Source of the DNA: Octopus vulgaris | Lineage: Eukaryota | Direction of reading: 5' to 3' | Length of the DNA: 64,000 nt | Assembly (NCBI GenBank): GCA_951406725.2 | Contig: OX597818.1 | Span: 97,216,001-97,280,000, forward strand | In this document: positions 1 through 13,345 of the stretch, one piece after another | How positions within the stretch are numbered: the stretch's first letter is position 1 | Layout: every line of letters begins with the position of its first letter | Made by a program: the position numbers and the translations under genes | Notes under the pieces: model-generated | Databases searched by the model: none | Told to the model about the DNA's origin: nothing | Seen by the model: only the letters and a program-made list of their open reading frames with translations

Positions 1-95
1 CCACCCTGCCCTGTCCCTAGCCATATTCAGATGGCTTTAGTCCCTTATGTTATCGAGCAGTTACTGTCTATATCCCTTTTAGAGAATTATTATTG

Positions 96-251
<156 letters not shown>

Positions 252-311
252 TTTTATCCCCCGTTGTGGACGTGAATTACTAAATATTACTGTCCTTTTG
301 TTTTCCTTCAG

Positions 312-575
312 TTGTTTTCCGCCATTATGGTGGTGGTCGGCTGTCTGGTGAAATATTCTTCACCAGTCTTCAACCGTTACTTCACTCCCATTATGGACAG
401 CGTGCAGCGGTTAGCCACCGAAGAACCCGCCGAGCATTCCTTGGGCAACATCAACATTGCAGATATCATTAACGAGGCAGCTACTGTCGCCATCGTTCTA
501 GGGACTGTCTTGCTGATTATTTCTGTGTTCGGCTGGTGTGGTGCCTGTTGTAAAGTTCGATGGATGCTGGCTGTG
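312..575 (+). CDS. Tetraspanin, internal exon (end of TM1, small loop, TM2, start of TM3); first exon is upstream of the window
   Basis: Acceptor ttttccttcag at 301-311, donor gtaag at 576. 264 nt, phase 0. Translates LFSAIMVVVGCLVKY...IVLGTVLLIISVFGWCGACCKVRWMLAV; FGWCGA matches the tetraspanin TM2 G-x-CGA motif. Confidence 0.92.
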
Positions 576-999
576 GTAAGTTCTCTACTTTTTCTTTCTC
601 CCTACCAATCTGTCTGTGTGTCTGTCTGCTTATTTGTCTGTCTGTCCATTTATTTGTTTGTTTCTCTGTCTGTTCCCCCCATCTCTCTTTCCCCCCCTCT
701 CTCTCATCTCTATATCATGTGGAGCCTGTTGTCAAGTCCGTAAGATGCTAGTGTGGTAAGCTCTCTCCCCTTTTCTCCCTTCTCCCATTCCGTCCTCTCT
801 TTACTTACATCCATCTTTCTTTTTAATTGAATATATTTTTTTACTGAGCTATTAATTCATTTCATCCTTCACACTTTCCTCTTTGTTGGACCATAAACTG
901 ACTGGGCGACTAAATAACTCGCTTACTCCGTCTTGCTTAATAGTCTGACTTTTTCTGAGTCCTGCTTTTTTGCAGTATAACCTATTACCCCTTTCTTTT

Positions 1000-2700
1000 G
1001 AGGTTAATGTAAAGATGAACTGTTGGCCTGATTCTCAGAAGCTATTTCGGTTCATAACCGTCATGTCGGGCAACGTGAAAGTCACCAGCTATGTGATAAG
1101 ATCATTTGGTGGTGAAGAGACGTGGTCATATGAGTGAAGAAGGTTAGGTTCGTTGCAAAACTGAAGTGAATTAGCGAGTTGGCAACTTTCATGCCGTTAT
1201 ATACAGAGGGTCTGGCGTTGATGCTGTATCTTGAATTGAGCGAAGGATCCCTGCTACATGCAGAAAAAAATAGAAGTCAGAATGAGGAAGTTTTTACGAA
1301 GGAAGTGGTTGAGGTTTACAGCAGACTAGGGAGAGCAACAATACTGGGGACCAAGTGGGTGTGTTCGCCAACGAAATCAGATGAATATACTGGCGTTAAT
1401 GACTGGTTTCTCTAAGCACTTTTCAAAAGTGCTACAGCAGTTGCCAGACATCGAGACCATGATGACTATAGAGGATTTAGGGGTCATAACCAGAGTGCTA
1501 GCACCAAACAGCGCATACGGTGTTGCGACAATAGCTACAGTGTGGCAGAGTTTAATGATACAGCAAGCTGAAAGCATCATGGCGTCGGAAGAAGATAGAA
1601 AGCAATTGAGACCGTTCAAGGATCAGTGTTCAGATGTTATGGGCTGCACATAGTGAGAGAGTGCAAGGATCCTGAACCAGAATTGGTCTGTTAACGGTAT
1701 GATCAGGATGATCATAAAGCGATTCAGTGCAATTAAGGAAAAGAAAGAAGGGCGATTACTGCACCAAGTAGAGGTGCCCTTTCATTTGCTGCCCGTAGTG
1801 GAAGTTCCGGAGGGGGAAAACAGGATGAAAACCCTATTAGATAGAGTCTGCACAGCCATCCTAATGTCTTCAAGGCTGATGGAAAGCTGAGGTGGGGCGG
1901 GCAGTATAAGAGAAATTGTTCATTATAAGAGTATCGAAGCGTGGGAGTTCATTATAAGAGTATCGAAGAATGGGAGTTCATTATAAGAGTATCGAAGCAT
2001 AGAATCGACCGTACACAGAATGCAGTCTAAGTGATCGCGATAGACGACATTGTTCAAGGAATTGATGTTGCGATGGGGATGAATGTAATCTTTAGACTGG
2101 AAGGCATTCTGCTCAGTGATGGAAGGATAGCGTTTGGAGTGCACCTGGTGCCATAAGTATGCATCAGAAGAGCCAGAACTACAGCATTGTCAAAATAAAC
2201 CAGAATGGTGAATGTTCCTTGTTAAGATTGAGGGCTAAGATTTCAATGCAGTGTTGATGGCAAGTGGTGAGGGTTCTTTAAAAGAAAGGCAAAAGTCGAA
2301 TTTGAGAGGGGGTGGAGAGGTGGGTTGAAGAAGGTATTTTAATGCCCTTGGGGATCTGGAGAGCAGGGTGCTGCTACCAATGGCTGTTGTTCAATCAACA
2401 AAGAATAAAGTCCGGTCAGAGCAAGATATTTAGGAGCTGAATGACCATATGGTGGACCATACTGGTGGAGAGGCTAACGATATAAGTGGAAGGACCTTGA
2501 AAGAGTGGAGACAAACGATAGGGCTGCTACGTTCGTAGATTTAAAGTCAACCCATCTACAGTTTAATGAGACCAGAAATTTATGGAAATACTCGCTGGTG
2601 AAGTACAGAGTTAAAACGTACTGCTTGACCAGGTTCGAAAGGGGCCACTAACGTCTATATAATACCTTTGTGGACGAGACAGTGATGATTTGAAAGTGAG
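1000..2700 (+). mobile_element. Degenerate retroelement-like remnant in a tetraspanin intron (possibly DIRS-like)
   Basis: Purine-rich, less AT-rich stretch with several broken + ORFs (1179-1890). Only weak resemblance to DIRS gag/RT start; no diagnostic motif. Confidence 0.3.
1919..2000. repeat. 29-bp minisatellite, ~2.8 copies
   Basis: ttcattataagagtatcgaag(cg/aa)tgggag repeated. Confidence 0.9.
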
Positions 2701-2728
2701 GGAATAAATGCCGCAAGGCTTTTTTGTA

Positions 2729-2761
<33 letters not shown>

Positions 2762-2780
2762 GTGATGGTGATGGTGATGG

Positions 2781-2813
<33 letters not shown>

Positions 2814-2830
2814 ACATGTTTTCATTGCAG

Positions 2831-2905
2831 TATTGTGGAATCCTTACGTTGCTCCTTGCAACTCAAATCACGTTTTTGATTCTGCTAATTGTAATGAGAT
2901 CTAAG
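2831..2905 (+). CDS. Tetraspanin exon (TM3)
   Basis: ttcattgcag acceptor, gtaag donor at 2906. 75 nt, YCGILTLLLATQITFLILLIVMRSK, with the polar Gln typical of TM3. Confidence 0.9.
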
Positions 2906-3069
2906 GTAAGTAACTTTCCTTCATAATAAATAGTCTCCTTAAGTAATGAAGAGTTGTTTCCTCTGGTCAAACAATAGCATTATTTTCATTGCCATTGCAA
3001 TTTGAAGTGACAATTTACTGAAAGTGGATAGAAATGAAGATAGAGTAACATACTTCACCTAAATGTTTT

Positions 3070-3304
3070 TGAAAACACTTTTAAAAATACGGAAAATAAA
3101 CGCAACGGAACATTTTATTTAAGTTTAAGCAATTTAAATTACGACCTCTCTTCCATTTCATAAGTCGTTATGTATTTTAATAAACTTGAAAACACTTTTA
3201 ATAACATGGAAAGTAAACGCAACGGAACATTTTATTTAAGTTTAAGCAATTTAAATTATAACCACTCTTCCATTTCATAAGTCGTTATGTATTTTAATAA
3301 ACTT
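3070..3304. repeat. ~117-bp tandem duplication (2 copies)
   Basis: tgaaaacacttttaa...gtcgttatgtattttaataaact occurs twice head-to-tail. Confidence 0.9.
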
Positions 3305-3677
3305 TCAAAATGTTAGAGTAAATATATATTACGGTGCAGTATTTATTTTATTTTAATAAAATTATGATATTAATTAAAGGTAAGCTGTCATCTATCAATC
3401 AATACTGATGTTTTAGACGTCAAATTGAGAAGAAATATTTCAAGTTGTGATGCTCATGCTTTTCTGTAATACATGTAGTTTAATAACTCAGATAAAATCC
3501 TACTGATTATGAAAATGTGTAAATATAACAAAATCGCAGGATTATACGATGTGTAAGATAGTTCAAAGCTTAGATATTATTTTCCGTGGATAATAACAAG
3601 GATTTGAAATATTTAGTGGATTGAAGGATTGTATTAATGCAAATTTATTCTTAATTAATATAATACATGTATATATA

Positions 3678-3860
3678 AGCGCAGGCGTGGCTGTATGGTA
3701 AGAAGCTTGCTTCCCAGCGACGTGGTTCCGGGTTCAGTCCCATTGCATAGTACCTTGGGAAAGTCTCATTAACTATAGCTACAGGCCGACCAAAGCCTTG
3801 TGAGCGGATTTAGTCGACGGAAACTGAAAGAAGCCCGTCATGTATATATGTGTGTGTGTG
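3678..3860 (+). mobile_element. tRNA-derived SINE family A (partial)
   Basis: gcgcaggcgtggctgtatggtaag...ggttcagtccc (A/B-box-like)...ccttggga...ggaaactgaaagaagcccgtc; many copies in the window. Confidence 0.8.
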
Positions 3861-4584
3861 TGGGGGGGAGCGCACTATTATAAACTGACAAGATGAGTTA
3901 GCTTAACTGTAGGCAGCCGGGTAAGAGCCACTGAGGAGCATTAATCAAATGCGAAATCACTGGTGATCTGGGTGTGCTCAGGGTGCTGTAGGGAGCTTGC
4001 CTCCCTCGTCAGTCATAAGATAAGTGTGTTCTCGTGGCTAAGAGTTGTTTTGCCTCTTATTTCTAGCAATGCTATATATATATGTGTGTGTGTGTGTGAG
4101 CGAAATCGGCTCAAGTTGGACTAAATTCCGAGATTTTTGGTACTGAAATATATATTTTGGCATCTAGTTGTTTGGTTTACTGTTTCTGTAATTTCCATCA
4201 TCTTCATGCCCTTCAGATATAGTGTTCTAACACTGCCACAAGGCCAAAGATTTGGCTGAGAAAGGTTTTACCAATTTAAGTGAATCCAGTATTTGTCCCC
4301 GACCAAAAAATAAAAAAAGAAACAAAAGAAGTAATGAGCAATGGAATAAGAAATGGTATCAATGTGTTTAAATTTCATCGAGGTCGACATTGGTTTTTAT
4401 CTCTCCCGGGTCAATAAAATAAATGCCAACGATGTGCTGAGGTTGACTTAATTGACCATATCCATTCTCAGCTGTGTGTGAGATAGAAATATTAGAATCA
4501 CGATCTCGTATAATTTTTGCCTAGAGAATAATCCCTAATTATTATTGATTGATAAATAATTATATTAATATATTTATTTCAAAG

Positions 4585-4692
4585 GTGGATATAGCGTTAA
4601 AAGAGCCTCTAAAAGAGACGTTGAAGTTCAAGTACCAAGGAATTACTGGTAAAGACACAGCCAGCATTTCGTGGAATTATATAATGAATTCG
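4585..4692 (+). CDS. Tetraspanin exon (large extracellular loop helices A/B)
   Basis: tttcaaag acceptor, gtaaat donor at 4693. 108 nt, VDIALKEPLKETLKFKYQGITGKDTASISWNYIMNS; in frame with neighbouring exons. Confidence 0.88.
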
Positions 4693-4995
4693 GTAAATCT
4701 TTCTTTTGTTTGATTTCTTAACAAATATTTCACATCATATACCGTTACTCTCTTACTTTTATAAGCACATACATCTGAAACAGAACTCTACTTGGAAACG
4801 CAAACATTATTTAGTTTAGTAACGTAAACATCTGAATAGTGATGAACCGTAATATACCTAAGTGTGTTGTATAAACAAGTAAAGCTTATAGAAACCTTAA
4901 AAACCGTTAAGGTACACTAAGTTCAGTGCTTAGTTTTAAAATATTAATAATAAAACAGTCATATACTTAATGGAGAATAAAGAAATGCCATTCAA

Positions 4996-5389
4996 TCTCT
5001 CTATATATAAAGCTGAAGTTGTCTGTGTGTGGCAGGTTTGGTAGCCTTCAACTAACACTATCTCCTCCGAGACCCTGCGGCGCAAGTTGACCAAAATTGA
5101 GAGTATGATAGAAGAAGGCTTGTTCTTCCTTCCGTAGAAGAAATAATTCAAATCGGACCATGTTAGCACCAAAAATTATTTACATCAAAAAGGTGTTTTT
5201 TTTCTATGAAAATGCATATTTTTTTAACGATTTTTTGACTGCTGTGTCACCATTTTTCGGTGTATTTCAACCAGAAAAATGTTCACTTAAAGAGAATAAC
5301 AAGCTACATAATGCAAAATTTTTACTTTACAAAAATTCCAATTCTAAAGGGTCGAAACAAACCCGAGCAACGCCGGGCGATACTGCTAG
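4996..5389 (+). mobile_element. Non-autonomous Helitron
   Basis: A|TC 5' end; GC hairpin cccgagcaacgccggg; CTAG|T 3' end. Confidence 0.8.
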
Positions 5390-5505
5390 TGTATGAAATA
5401 TTCATTAGATAACGATTCCATGAACCGCTTACTGTTGCACACGAATACATTGAATCATATTTTGTATTATTGTAAGCAACTGAATTTTATGAATAATCTT
5501 TTCAG

Positions 5506-5715
5506 CTACAATGTTGCGGTGTATACGATTTTAGAGATTTTAACAACAGCACCAGCTGGGATCGATTCTATCACGATCCAAAATCTAGAAAGACTTACAA
5601 ATTGAAAATACCCATCGCTTGTTGTAAACTAAAAGGAGAGTACCCAAACGTTCAGCCACCGGAAGATGTCTCTTGCGCTTTATACCCCACACGTCAGACA
5701 TCAAATTATCACCAG
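5506..5715 (+). CDS. Tetraspanin exon (LEL variable domain, CCG motif)
   Basis: cttttcag acceptor, gtaag donor at 5716. 210 nt, LQCCGVYDFRDFNNSTSWDRF...IPIACCKLKGEYPNVQPPEDVSCALYPTRQTSNYHQ, with hallmark CCG and PxxCC plus an NST sequon. Confidence 0.95.
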
Positions 5716-5801
5716 GTAAGAACTTAATTCATTGTTAGCTGCTTAAGGATGACTTTGTTGTATGATGCCACAGAATAGAGCCGTTGGAGGATGCTGCACT
5801 C

Positions 5802-5841
<40 letters not shown>

Positions 5842-5967
5842 CACACACGCGCACGCACGCACACCACTCATACATAGTGTATATATATATGTATAAATGT
5901 ATGTGTGCATTTGTGTGAGAGATAGGGCAGAGAACGAAAAAGAGGGTTGTGTGTGTATGTGTGTATG

Positions 5968-6047
<80 letters not shown>

Positions 6048-6620
6048 GAGAGAGAAAGAGGGAGAGAATGAACGAATGGTTAGAGCAGTCCTTCTCTAAG
6101 TGGGTGTACCGCCAGCGCTGTTTTAAGGCATGGACATACCGAGCAGTTGCCCTGGAGCCGCACAGGTCAAGAGGCCCAATTCTCATCTATGTATGCTTTA
6201 GGGCTCAATGCATTGATTTTCCCGGGGGCCTATAATGCTATTAAGACGGGTCTGTATACGACCCACTTTGGGAAATTTTAATACGGGTACTGGGGACAAA
6301 GGGAGTTTCGGGGATATAGATGAAACACAAAGAATACCTCTGTGAATTTGACCGAAGCCACGTGTTAATGGTTGGCCAATTACTAAGGTCAAGTGGTGAT
6401 GTGTTAAATATTCGCTTCTAGTAGGTTAGGGCTCTATGTAGTCACCCACATCAGACTAATACTCAGAACTAAACTACTCTGATCTCATATTACGTGTATG
6501 TATTGGGATGTTAGATAAATTCGTTCATCCCCATCGTCATATGTCTGAAAAAAGGTTCAATTTATTTAAATTTTAGAAGCGATAAACAAAATTTTAGAAA
6601 CGATAACCAAAAAGCTTAGT

Positions 6621-7010
6621 AGGCGCAGGAGTGGTTGTGTGGTAAGTAGCTTGCTTACCAACCACATGGTTCCAGGTTCAGTCCCACTGCGTGGCACCTT
6701 GGGCAAGTGTCTTCTACTATAGCCTTGGGTCGACCAAAGCCTTGTGAGTGGATTTGGTAGACAGAAACTGAAAGAAGCCCGTCGTATATATGTATATATA
6801 TGTGTCTGTGCTTGTCCCCCCCCCAACATCGCTTGACAACCGATGCTGGTGTGTTTACGTCCCCGTAACGTAGCGGTTCGGCAAAAAGAGAGCGATAGAA
6901 TAAGTACTAGGCTTACAAAGAATAAGTCCTGGGGTCGATTTGCTCGACTAAAGGCGCTGCTCCAGCATGGTCGCAGTCAAATAACTGAAACAAGTAAAAG
7001 AGAAAGAGAA
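6621..7010 (+). mobile_element. tRNA-derived SINE family A, full length
   Basis: aggcgcaggagtggttgtgtggtaag...ggttcagtcccactgcgtggcaccttgggcaag...gtcgatttgctcgactaaaggc...gaaacaagtaaaaga; near-identical copy at 7455-7835. Confidence 0.9.
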
Positions 7011-7454
7011 AGAGAAGAATAGTAACAATATGATAAAAGTAGTTTCCATGTTAATTCAAATAACATTGGAGAGGATCAAAATTTAAAAAAAGAAATTGGA
7101 TAAAAACGAACGAATTTATCTGACAGATCAGCACATTAAAATTTGTATACACAGCATGGGCGTCGAATTGTTGTAAGGGAGTATTGAAAAAGTATCACTG
7201 GAAGAAAAGAGGCGATAATTAAAATCCTTGAGAGGCACCAGGCTACAGTGTTGGATAACCGACGAGCAGGCAATCCGTTGGGTTGGTTTCTGTTGTGTCA
7301 GCATAATTGTCCACTGATCTGAAAATAAAAACAATTGATCACTCTAACTAGCTGCAAGACTGTAAATTTTACAACTGATGAATCACTCAAAAAGAGATAA
7401 AAGCGCGAAATAGATAATGATCCAAAATTTTGACTACCCACTTTTTCTTAATAT

Positions 7455-7835
7455 AGGCGCAGGAGTGGCTGTGTGGTAAGTAGCTTGCTTACCAACCACA
7501 TGGTTCCGGGTTCAGTCCCACTGCGTGACACCTTGGGCAAGAGTCTTCTACTATAGCCTCGGGCCGACCAAAGCCTTGTGACGGAAACTGAAAGAAGCCC
7601 GTCGTATATATGTATATGTATATATATATGTTTGTGTGTGCGTGTGTTTGTGTGTCTGTGTTTGTCCCCCCCCAACATTGCTTGACAACCGATGCTGGTG
7701 TGTTTACGTCCCCGTAACTTAGCGGTTCGGCAAAAGTAGACCGATAGAATAAGTACTAGGCTTACAAAGAATAAGTCCTGGGGTCGATTTCCTCGACTAA
7801 AGGTGGTGCTCCAGCATGGCTGAAACAAGTAAAAG
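7455..7835 (+). mobile_element. tRNA-derived SINE family A
   Basis: Same sequence as 6621-7010 with small deletions. Confidence 0.9.
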
Positions 7836-7914
7836 ATTATATAAAAGCTGTGCATGTATGTATGTATGTATGTATGTGCGTGTGCATTTGAGAGCGAGAG
7901 GGGGAAAGAGTCAG

Positions 7915-7982
<68 letters not shown>

Positions 7983-8300
7983 TGGGAATAAAAGCTGAAA
8001 AGCACAAATTTCACATATAATTCAGAATTTAAATTTGCTCAACAGCCGTTTCAATAAAATAAAATCATAAACATTTATATAATTACTAATTAACATACAT
8101 AATTAATTTAAAAGTACAGGATTAGTCACTCCTTTAGGAAACTAAAGAAAACTATCTTTTTAGCCGATTGTGTATCTACATGCAAGTTTTACGACCCGGA
8201 ATTACAGGTGTGTATTGATGCATTGAAAGTTAACGAAGAGGCATTAATTATATACTTAAATATCATGGATATATTTTATGATGTTTATACATCAATTCAC

Positions 8301-8350
<50 letters not shown>

Positions 8351-9167
8351 TAATATATTAAAAATACGACTATGATCTAATTTAATCAGTTTTAATAACT
8401 TTTTTTTCATATCAGTGAGTTATAAAACCTTATAATTCGTTTGGAAAAATGAGGTTTCCAAATTTATATTCCTTAACATTTTCAAGCTATCGCAGACTAA
8501 TATTCCGGAAATCGAGTGGTGTTACCTTCTGTACTGCCTCTTTTCAAAGTGAACGGATTTTTTTTATGAAGACATTACAACCAGGATATTTTTTATATAG
8601 ATTTTACAATCAAAATTTGACCATTTTCTTCTTACTGACTATTTCGCGTTCTCACTAACTTTATGCTTCTCTCTTTCTTTTTTTCCTGATGAAGCACAAA
8701 TGTCCGAAAAGTCAAAACATTTTCTGTTTCTATTAAACCGTTAAATTCTTGTCTTGTTTCTCAAACTTTGTTCCTTCTGCGTTGTCCTTTTTATTATTTA
8801 TTCTATGTATGTAAATATGTATGCACGTACATATGCACGTATGTATGTGTTATGTATGTATGTATGCATGTATGTATGTATGTATGTATGTATGTATGTA
8901 TGTATGTATGTATGTATGTATGTATGTATGTATGTTTGTATGTATGTATGTATGTATGTATCTATCTATCTATATACTATGTAAATTTTTACTTACATCT
9001 TATAATATGCAACTATGCAATGTTATAGGTTTGAGTAAATCCAGTAAAATAATGATATGTTGTTATCTCATTTGAATATTCTAATTATCCTATAAATTCT
9101 AAAGGATGTTTAAAAAATGTCGCTCATATCATTGCATATTGATTAGTTATATTTATGTGTATTTCAG

Positions 9168-9251
9168 GGGTGCTACGACAAGCTTTGGCACACTATCAGC
9201 ACAGCAGAAATTACCATGATGGCTGTGTTATCACTCGCCGCAATGTCTCAG
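9168..9251 (+). CDS. Tetraspanin exon (GC motif, start of TM4)
   Basis: atttcag acceptor, gtttgt donor at 9252. 84 nt, GCYDKLWHTISTAEITMMAVLSLAAMSQ. Confidence 0.9.
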
Positions 9252-10401
9252 GTTTGTAAATTCTCTCATCAAATTCCTTATAAAACCCGTCTCCTTTTAC
9301 AATAAAAACTATTTTATAGTGTAGTGAGGATAAGCTCTTTCGTAAACTATTTCCATGACACGGTTTCAAATTCCGTTCGTAGCTATTACACTTTTGCTAT
9401 AATTTAAGAAAGGATAAATCAACTACGTCAGCAATTACGCCACCCTCTTTAGTATACGTGGGGAAAAGCCTTTCCTTTTTTAACCAGTTTTTAAAAGAGT
9501 ATTTAACAGTGATAAATCAGTAAAATTTTCCCCTATAATACGACAGTTAATAGCTTATATATGGTCTTCATATTGATTAGACGAAGGCTGATGGTAGCCG
9601 AACGGTTATTTGTTGGCCTGCCGGTAGACGATTCGAGTCTTGTTACAGTACATCTGAAAAATACTTTTAACCCTCAGTAACCATGTCCACATAAGCTGTG
9701 CATGACAACGTTGCTATCTTGAGGCATAGACTCTCTTGAGAGATGCCCTAGAGCCATATAGGTCTAAGGGTCAAATAGACCTCATAAGTCTACTCTATAA
9801 AGCTGTGGTTGTATGCATAAGCGGCTCCTGTGAATTGCTTTGTTCGAGGGGTCCTATAAGGTTCTGGTACAAACCAATGTTTCATCAGCGTGTTGTCCAA
9901 TTACTTTCATAGTCATAAATATACTAGTAATTGTGAAATAAAAGCGTTGCTTATTTCACTCTCAAAGAATTTAGTGGGACAGGAAATTTTACGGAGTTGA
10001 TCAATGTACATTAACATCTCTTGGATCAAACTGACACTCCTTTTAAAATGATGTTAAGGGGACGCATTTATTGTCCTAAATAATAAAATAGATGATATTC
10101 TATTTTGAATGCGGACTGAATTTTGAAGTTCAACCCAGATTCACCACTTATATACAATGAGAATGATAGGAATGTGAATTTAAAAAGCAATGAGAGCTGA
10201 TTTAGTTTTCTCTGAAGCTGCAGTAACAACATAAATTTGCCATGAATTGTGATAAATAAAACTTAACAAAGTCTAGCAACACGAAGCAAAGCCTAGCTAT
10301 TCTCCATCTGGAGATCTTATTTAGATTCAATCGATTGATAGTATTTATTATAAGCCAGACACTATAATATTTCATAGTTAAAATAATACTCATGATAGTT
10401 A

Positions 10402-10434
10402 TCTATATCTATAAAAGGCAGGATGTGTGTGTGT

Positions 10435-10489
<55 letters not shown>

Positions 10490-10979
10490 TGAATGTACTT
10501 TATGCACGTCCACAAATTAGCACGCATGTCACTTCAATTTTAGGAGCACATTGGTCACGACCATAGCTGTGATTTTGTCAACTTATTTTTCCCGAGGCAC
10601 CCTCAGATAGCGGTAAAAATCGATTTTCACCATAACTTTTACCAATTTTCACGTCAGTGAAATCTGTAAGTTTGCTAACATGAGTTAAGTCCCCTCTCTT
10701 GCAAATAGATTAATTCATCCTCCTACAATACCTTCGAAAAAAATTAGATTTGGACTAGCTAAGCAATCTCAGTGTAGGAAAAGAGAAAGAGCTGAAGGGA
10801 CTTACTATCAGCGGACTCATTTGTAAAATATAACTTTTTGGGCTGAAGCCTGGCAATAAGAGCTTGCAGATATTCCACTACAAACCATTCGATAATATTG
10901 AAGCAGTAACTTTCATAAATCAGAATATGATTCCTGAAGGCACTTGCTGAACCCAGTCAACGACGGGTATTTCTGTTAG
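10402..10979 (+). mobile_element. Non-autonomous Helitron (internal (GT)n)
   Basis: A|TCTATATCTATAAAAG start; hairpin acccagtcaacgacgggt; degenerate TTAG|T end. Confidence 0.6.
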
Positions 10980-11089
10980 TTCATAATAAATTTGATAATT
11001 TGAATCCGATTTTGATAGGGAAAAAATATAACTCAATTCCTTTAAAATAAATAAATAAAAGCAGGACACTACCAACACCTAATATTTAA

Positions 11090-11360
11090 AACTAGCATTT
11101 CGTTGGTTACAACGACAAGTGTTCTAGTTGAACTGATCAACCGAACATCCTGGTAGTTCTTAGGGAGATTCAGCATTATACAGAATGTGACAAGATTTGG
11201 CCCTTTGGAATACAGGCACAACTCATTTTTGCCAGCTGACTGAACCTGAGCAACATGAAATAAAGTGTCTTCCTCAAGGCCGCAACGTGCTGCCGGGAAT
11301 TGAACTCACAGGCTTACGGTCGTGAGCCGAATAACCTAACCACTACACCACGCACCTTCA
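11090..11360 (-). mobile_element. tRNA-derived SINE (family D)
   Basis: gagcaacatgaaataaagtgtctt...gggaattgaactcac...taaccactacaccacgcaccttca; related copies near 19750, 20660 and 62550-62870. Confidence 0.65.
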
Positions 11361-11409
11361 CACACACACACACACACACACACACTGATAATTTATATCT
11401 CTTTTACAG

Positions 11410-11481
11410 ATGATGTTAATCTTTTTCTCACTCTATCTCATTGGGAAGATCAACAAACATGAACGATCAGAAGACTCTTAA
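11410..11481 (+). CDS. Tetraspanin last coding exon (end of TM4, cytoplasmic tail, stop)
   Basis: cttttacag acceptor; MMLIFFSLYLIGKINKHERSEDS then TAA at 11479-11481. A donor gtaag follows at 11483. Confidence 0.85.
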   Translation: MMLIFFSLYLIGKINKHERSEDS

Positions 11482-11999
11482 GGTAAGCAACTATCGATCT
11501 ATATTTATATCGTATATTTTAATAAATATTGTAATATTAATGTTTATAACGCTTTTAAACCAGTGGTATAGCTTGGGGTGTGCAGGCTGCACGGGTGGCC
11601 ACTTGGGAAGAGTGTTGTGCAAAGATATAACGAAGGTATGTTTGATTTAAAGAAGGGGGCGGCCAAATAAATATCATTTTATTTATTTATTTATTTATTT
11701 ATTCATTTTGAATCTGTACATAAAGAAGAATACGTACATAAATTATTTTGGATCAGTTATGATTTATTATGAAATTACTGATAAAAATGATAATTACTGA
11801 TAATTAATGATAGAAACCGGGAATAATATCCTGAACGAAAGTATTTCGGGTTAGAAATAAGTGTCAAATACCTCAGAATACAGTGAAGGTATATTTTCGT
11901 TCAAATAAAATATTTACTAGACATTTCTGAATGAAAATATACGGGATAATATGTTAAGAAGTTTAAGAGAAATTACTTGATTTAATACAAACACATGCA

Positions 12000-12230
12000 G
12001 TGGAGGAACATGGCCTAGTGGTTAGAGCAGCGGATTCGCAATCGCGGGTTCGAATCTCAAACCGGTCGATGTGTGTGTGTTTATGAGCGAAACACCTAAG
12101 CTCCACAACTTTCTCTCACTCTTTCCGCCTTCATCTTGCGGCTCACCTACGACGGACTGGCGTCCCGTCCAGGTGGGGAACCTATACACCAAGGAAACCG
12201 GCCCTTATGAGCCAGGTGTGGCTCGGAACA
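12000..12230 (+). mobile_element. tRNA-derived SINE (family E)
   Basis: tggcctagtggttagagcagcg...ggttcgaatc; related copy at 55325-55630. Confidence 0.7.
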
Positions 12231-12764
12231 AACAATACACATGCATGATTCTTCGCCTGCTATTTTAGCCATTAAATTCTCCCACTAAAGAAAGAGAGAG
12301 CATTGAGCTAAGAAATACGACTTAATGAATTTTAAATATTACACATTGTTGAGTTCGCCTTTGAAATTGGGATTTATTTGTGCTTTTATGAAAATTATTG
12401 TTTTTTTTTTAAAATTTATTCTTGCTATGGGTTTATAATATTTTTCGTATATTTTGGTGGTTTATTGGCAATGTTTATACATATTAATTGGTTGACTCCA
12501 AATTTAGTTTTCAAAATTTGTGCAATTTTTCTTCTAAGAACTTCAACTTTAAATGCTTAGCATTTTGTATCATAACTATACACGCCAATCATGAATAGCT
12601 ATGATTCTTTACTTTAGTCGGTAAGACTTGTGATTAGTGTTTAAGAGCTGCAGTGTATGTGCACACACGTATCCTTTGCGTCTTTCAAGACGGTAACAGC
12701 AAAACTTGGTAGAAATCTCACCAGTAATGAAAATAAAACAAAACACACACGAGCGTGCATGCGC

Positions 12765-13135
12765 ATATGACTGTGTGGTAAGAAGCTTGCTTCTCAACCA
12801 CATGGTCCTGGGTTCAGTCCCACTGCGTGGCACATTGGGCGAGTCTCTTCTACTATAACCTCGGGCCAACCAAAGCCTTGTGAATGGACGGAAACTGAAA
12901 GAAGCCCATCGTATATATGTGTATATATCTACGTGTGTGTTTGTGTCTTTGTCCCCCACCACGGCTTGACAACAAGTGTTGGTGTGTTTACGTCCCCGCA
13001 TCGTAGCGGTTCTGCAAAATAGACCGATAGAATAAGTATTAGGCTTTAAAAATAAGTCCTGGGATCGATATGTTCGAAGAAAATCCTTCAAGGTGGTGCC
13101 CCAGCATGGCGCTATTCATAAATGGCTGTAACAAG

Positions 13136-13136
<1 letters not shown>
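12765..13136 (+). mobile_element. tRNA-derived SINE family A
   Basis: Matches 6621-7010. Confidence 0.85.
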
Positions 13137-13196
<60 letters not shown>

Positions 13197-13345
13197 CCAG
13201 TGCTCCGCAACTGGTATACCGCGGCACACTGGTTTGGCAAAAATACTCATTTGGTGATTAGCTCGAAATCATTATTTTGGTTTGTATTTCGTTTTTGTAT
13301 TTGGTTTGCAAGATTCTTTATATGAGTTCGTGTGCTGAAGCATAT

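Noticed and set aside
576-743. 3' extension of ORF 312..743
   Set aside because: Read-through into low-complexity intron after the gtaag donor at 576.
1919-2000. 29-bp repeats resembling a CRISPR array
   Set aside because: Contiguous tandem units without unique spacers, in a eukaryotic context with no cas genes.
2708-2830. Poly-Met ORF
   Set aside because: (ATG)n microsatellite upstream of the true acceptor at 2830.
5393-5605. Listed ORF overlapping the CCG exon
   Set aside because: Wrong frame; the real exon frame starts at 5506.
6621-6700. tRNA-like A/B boxes here and in other SINE heads
   Set aside because: They are heads of multicopy SINEs and do not form full cloverleaves.
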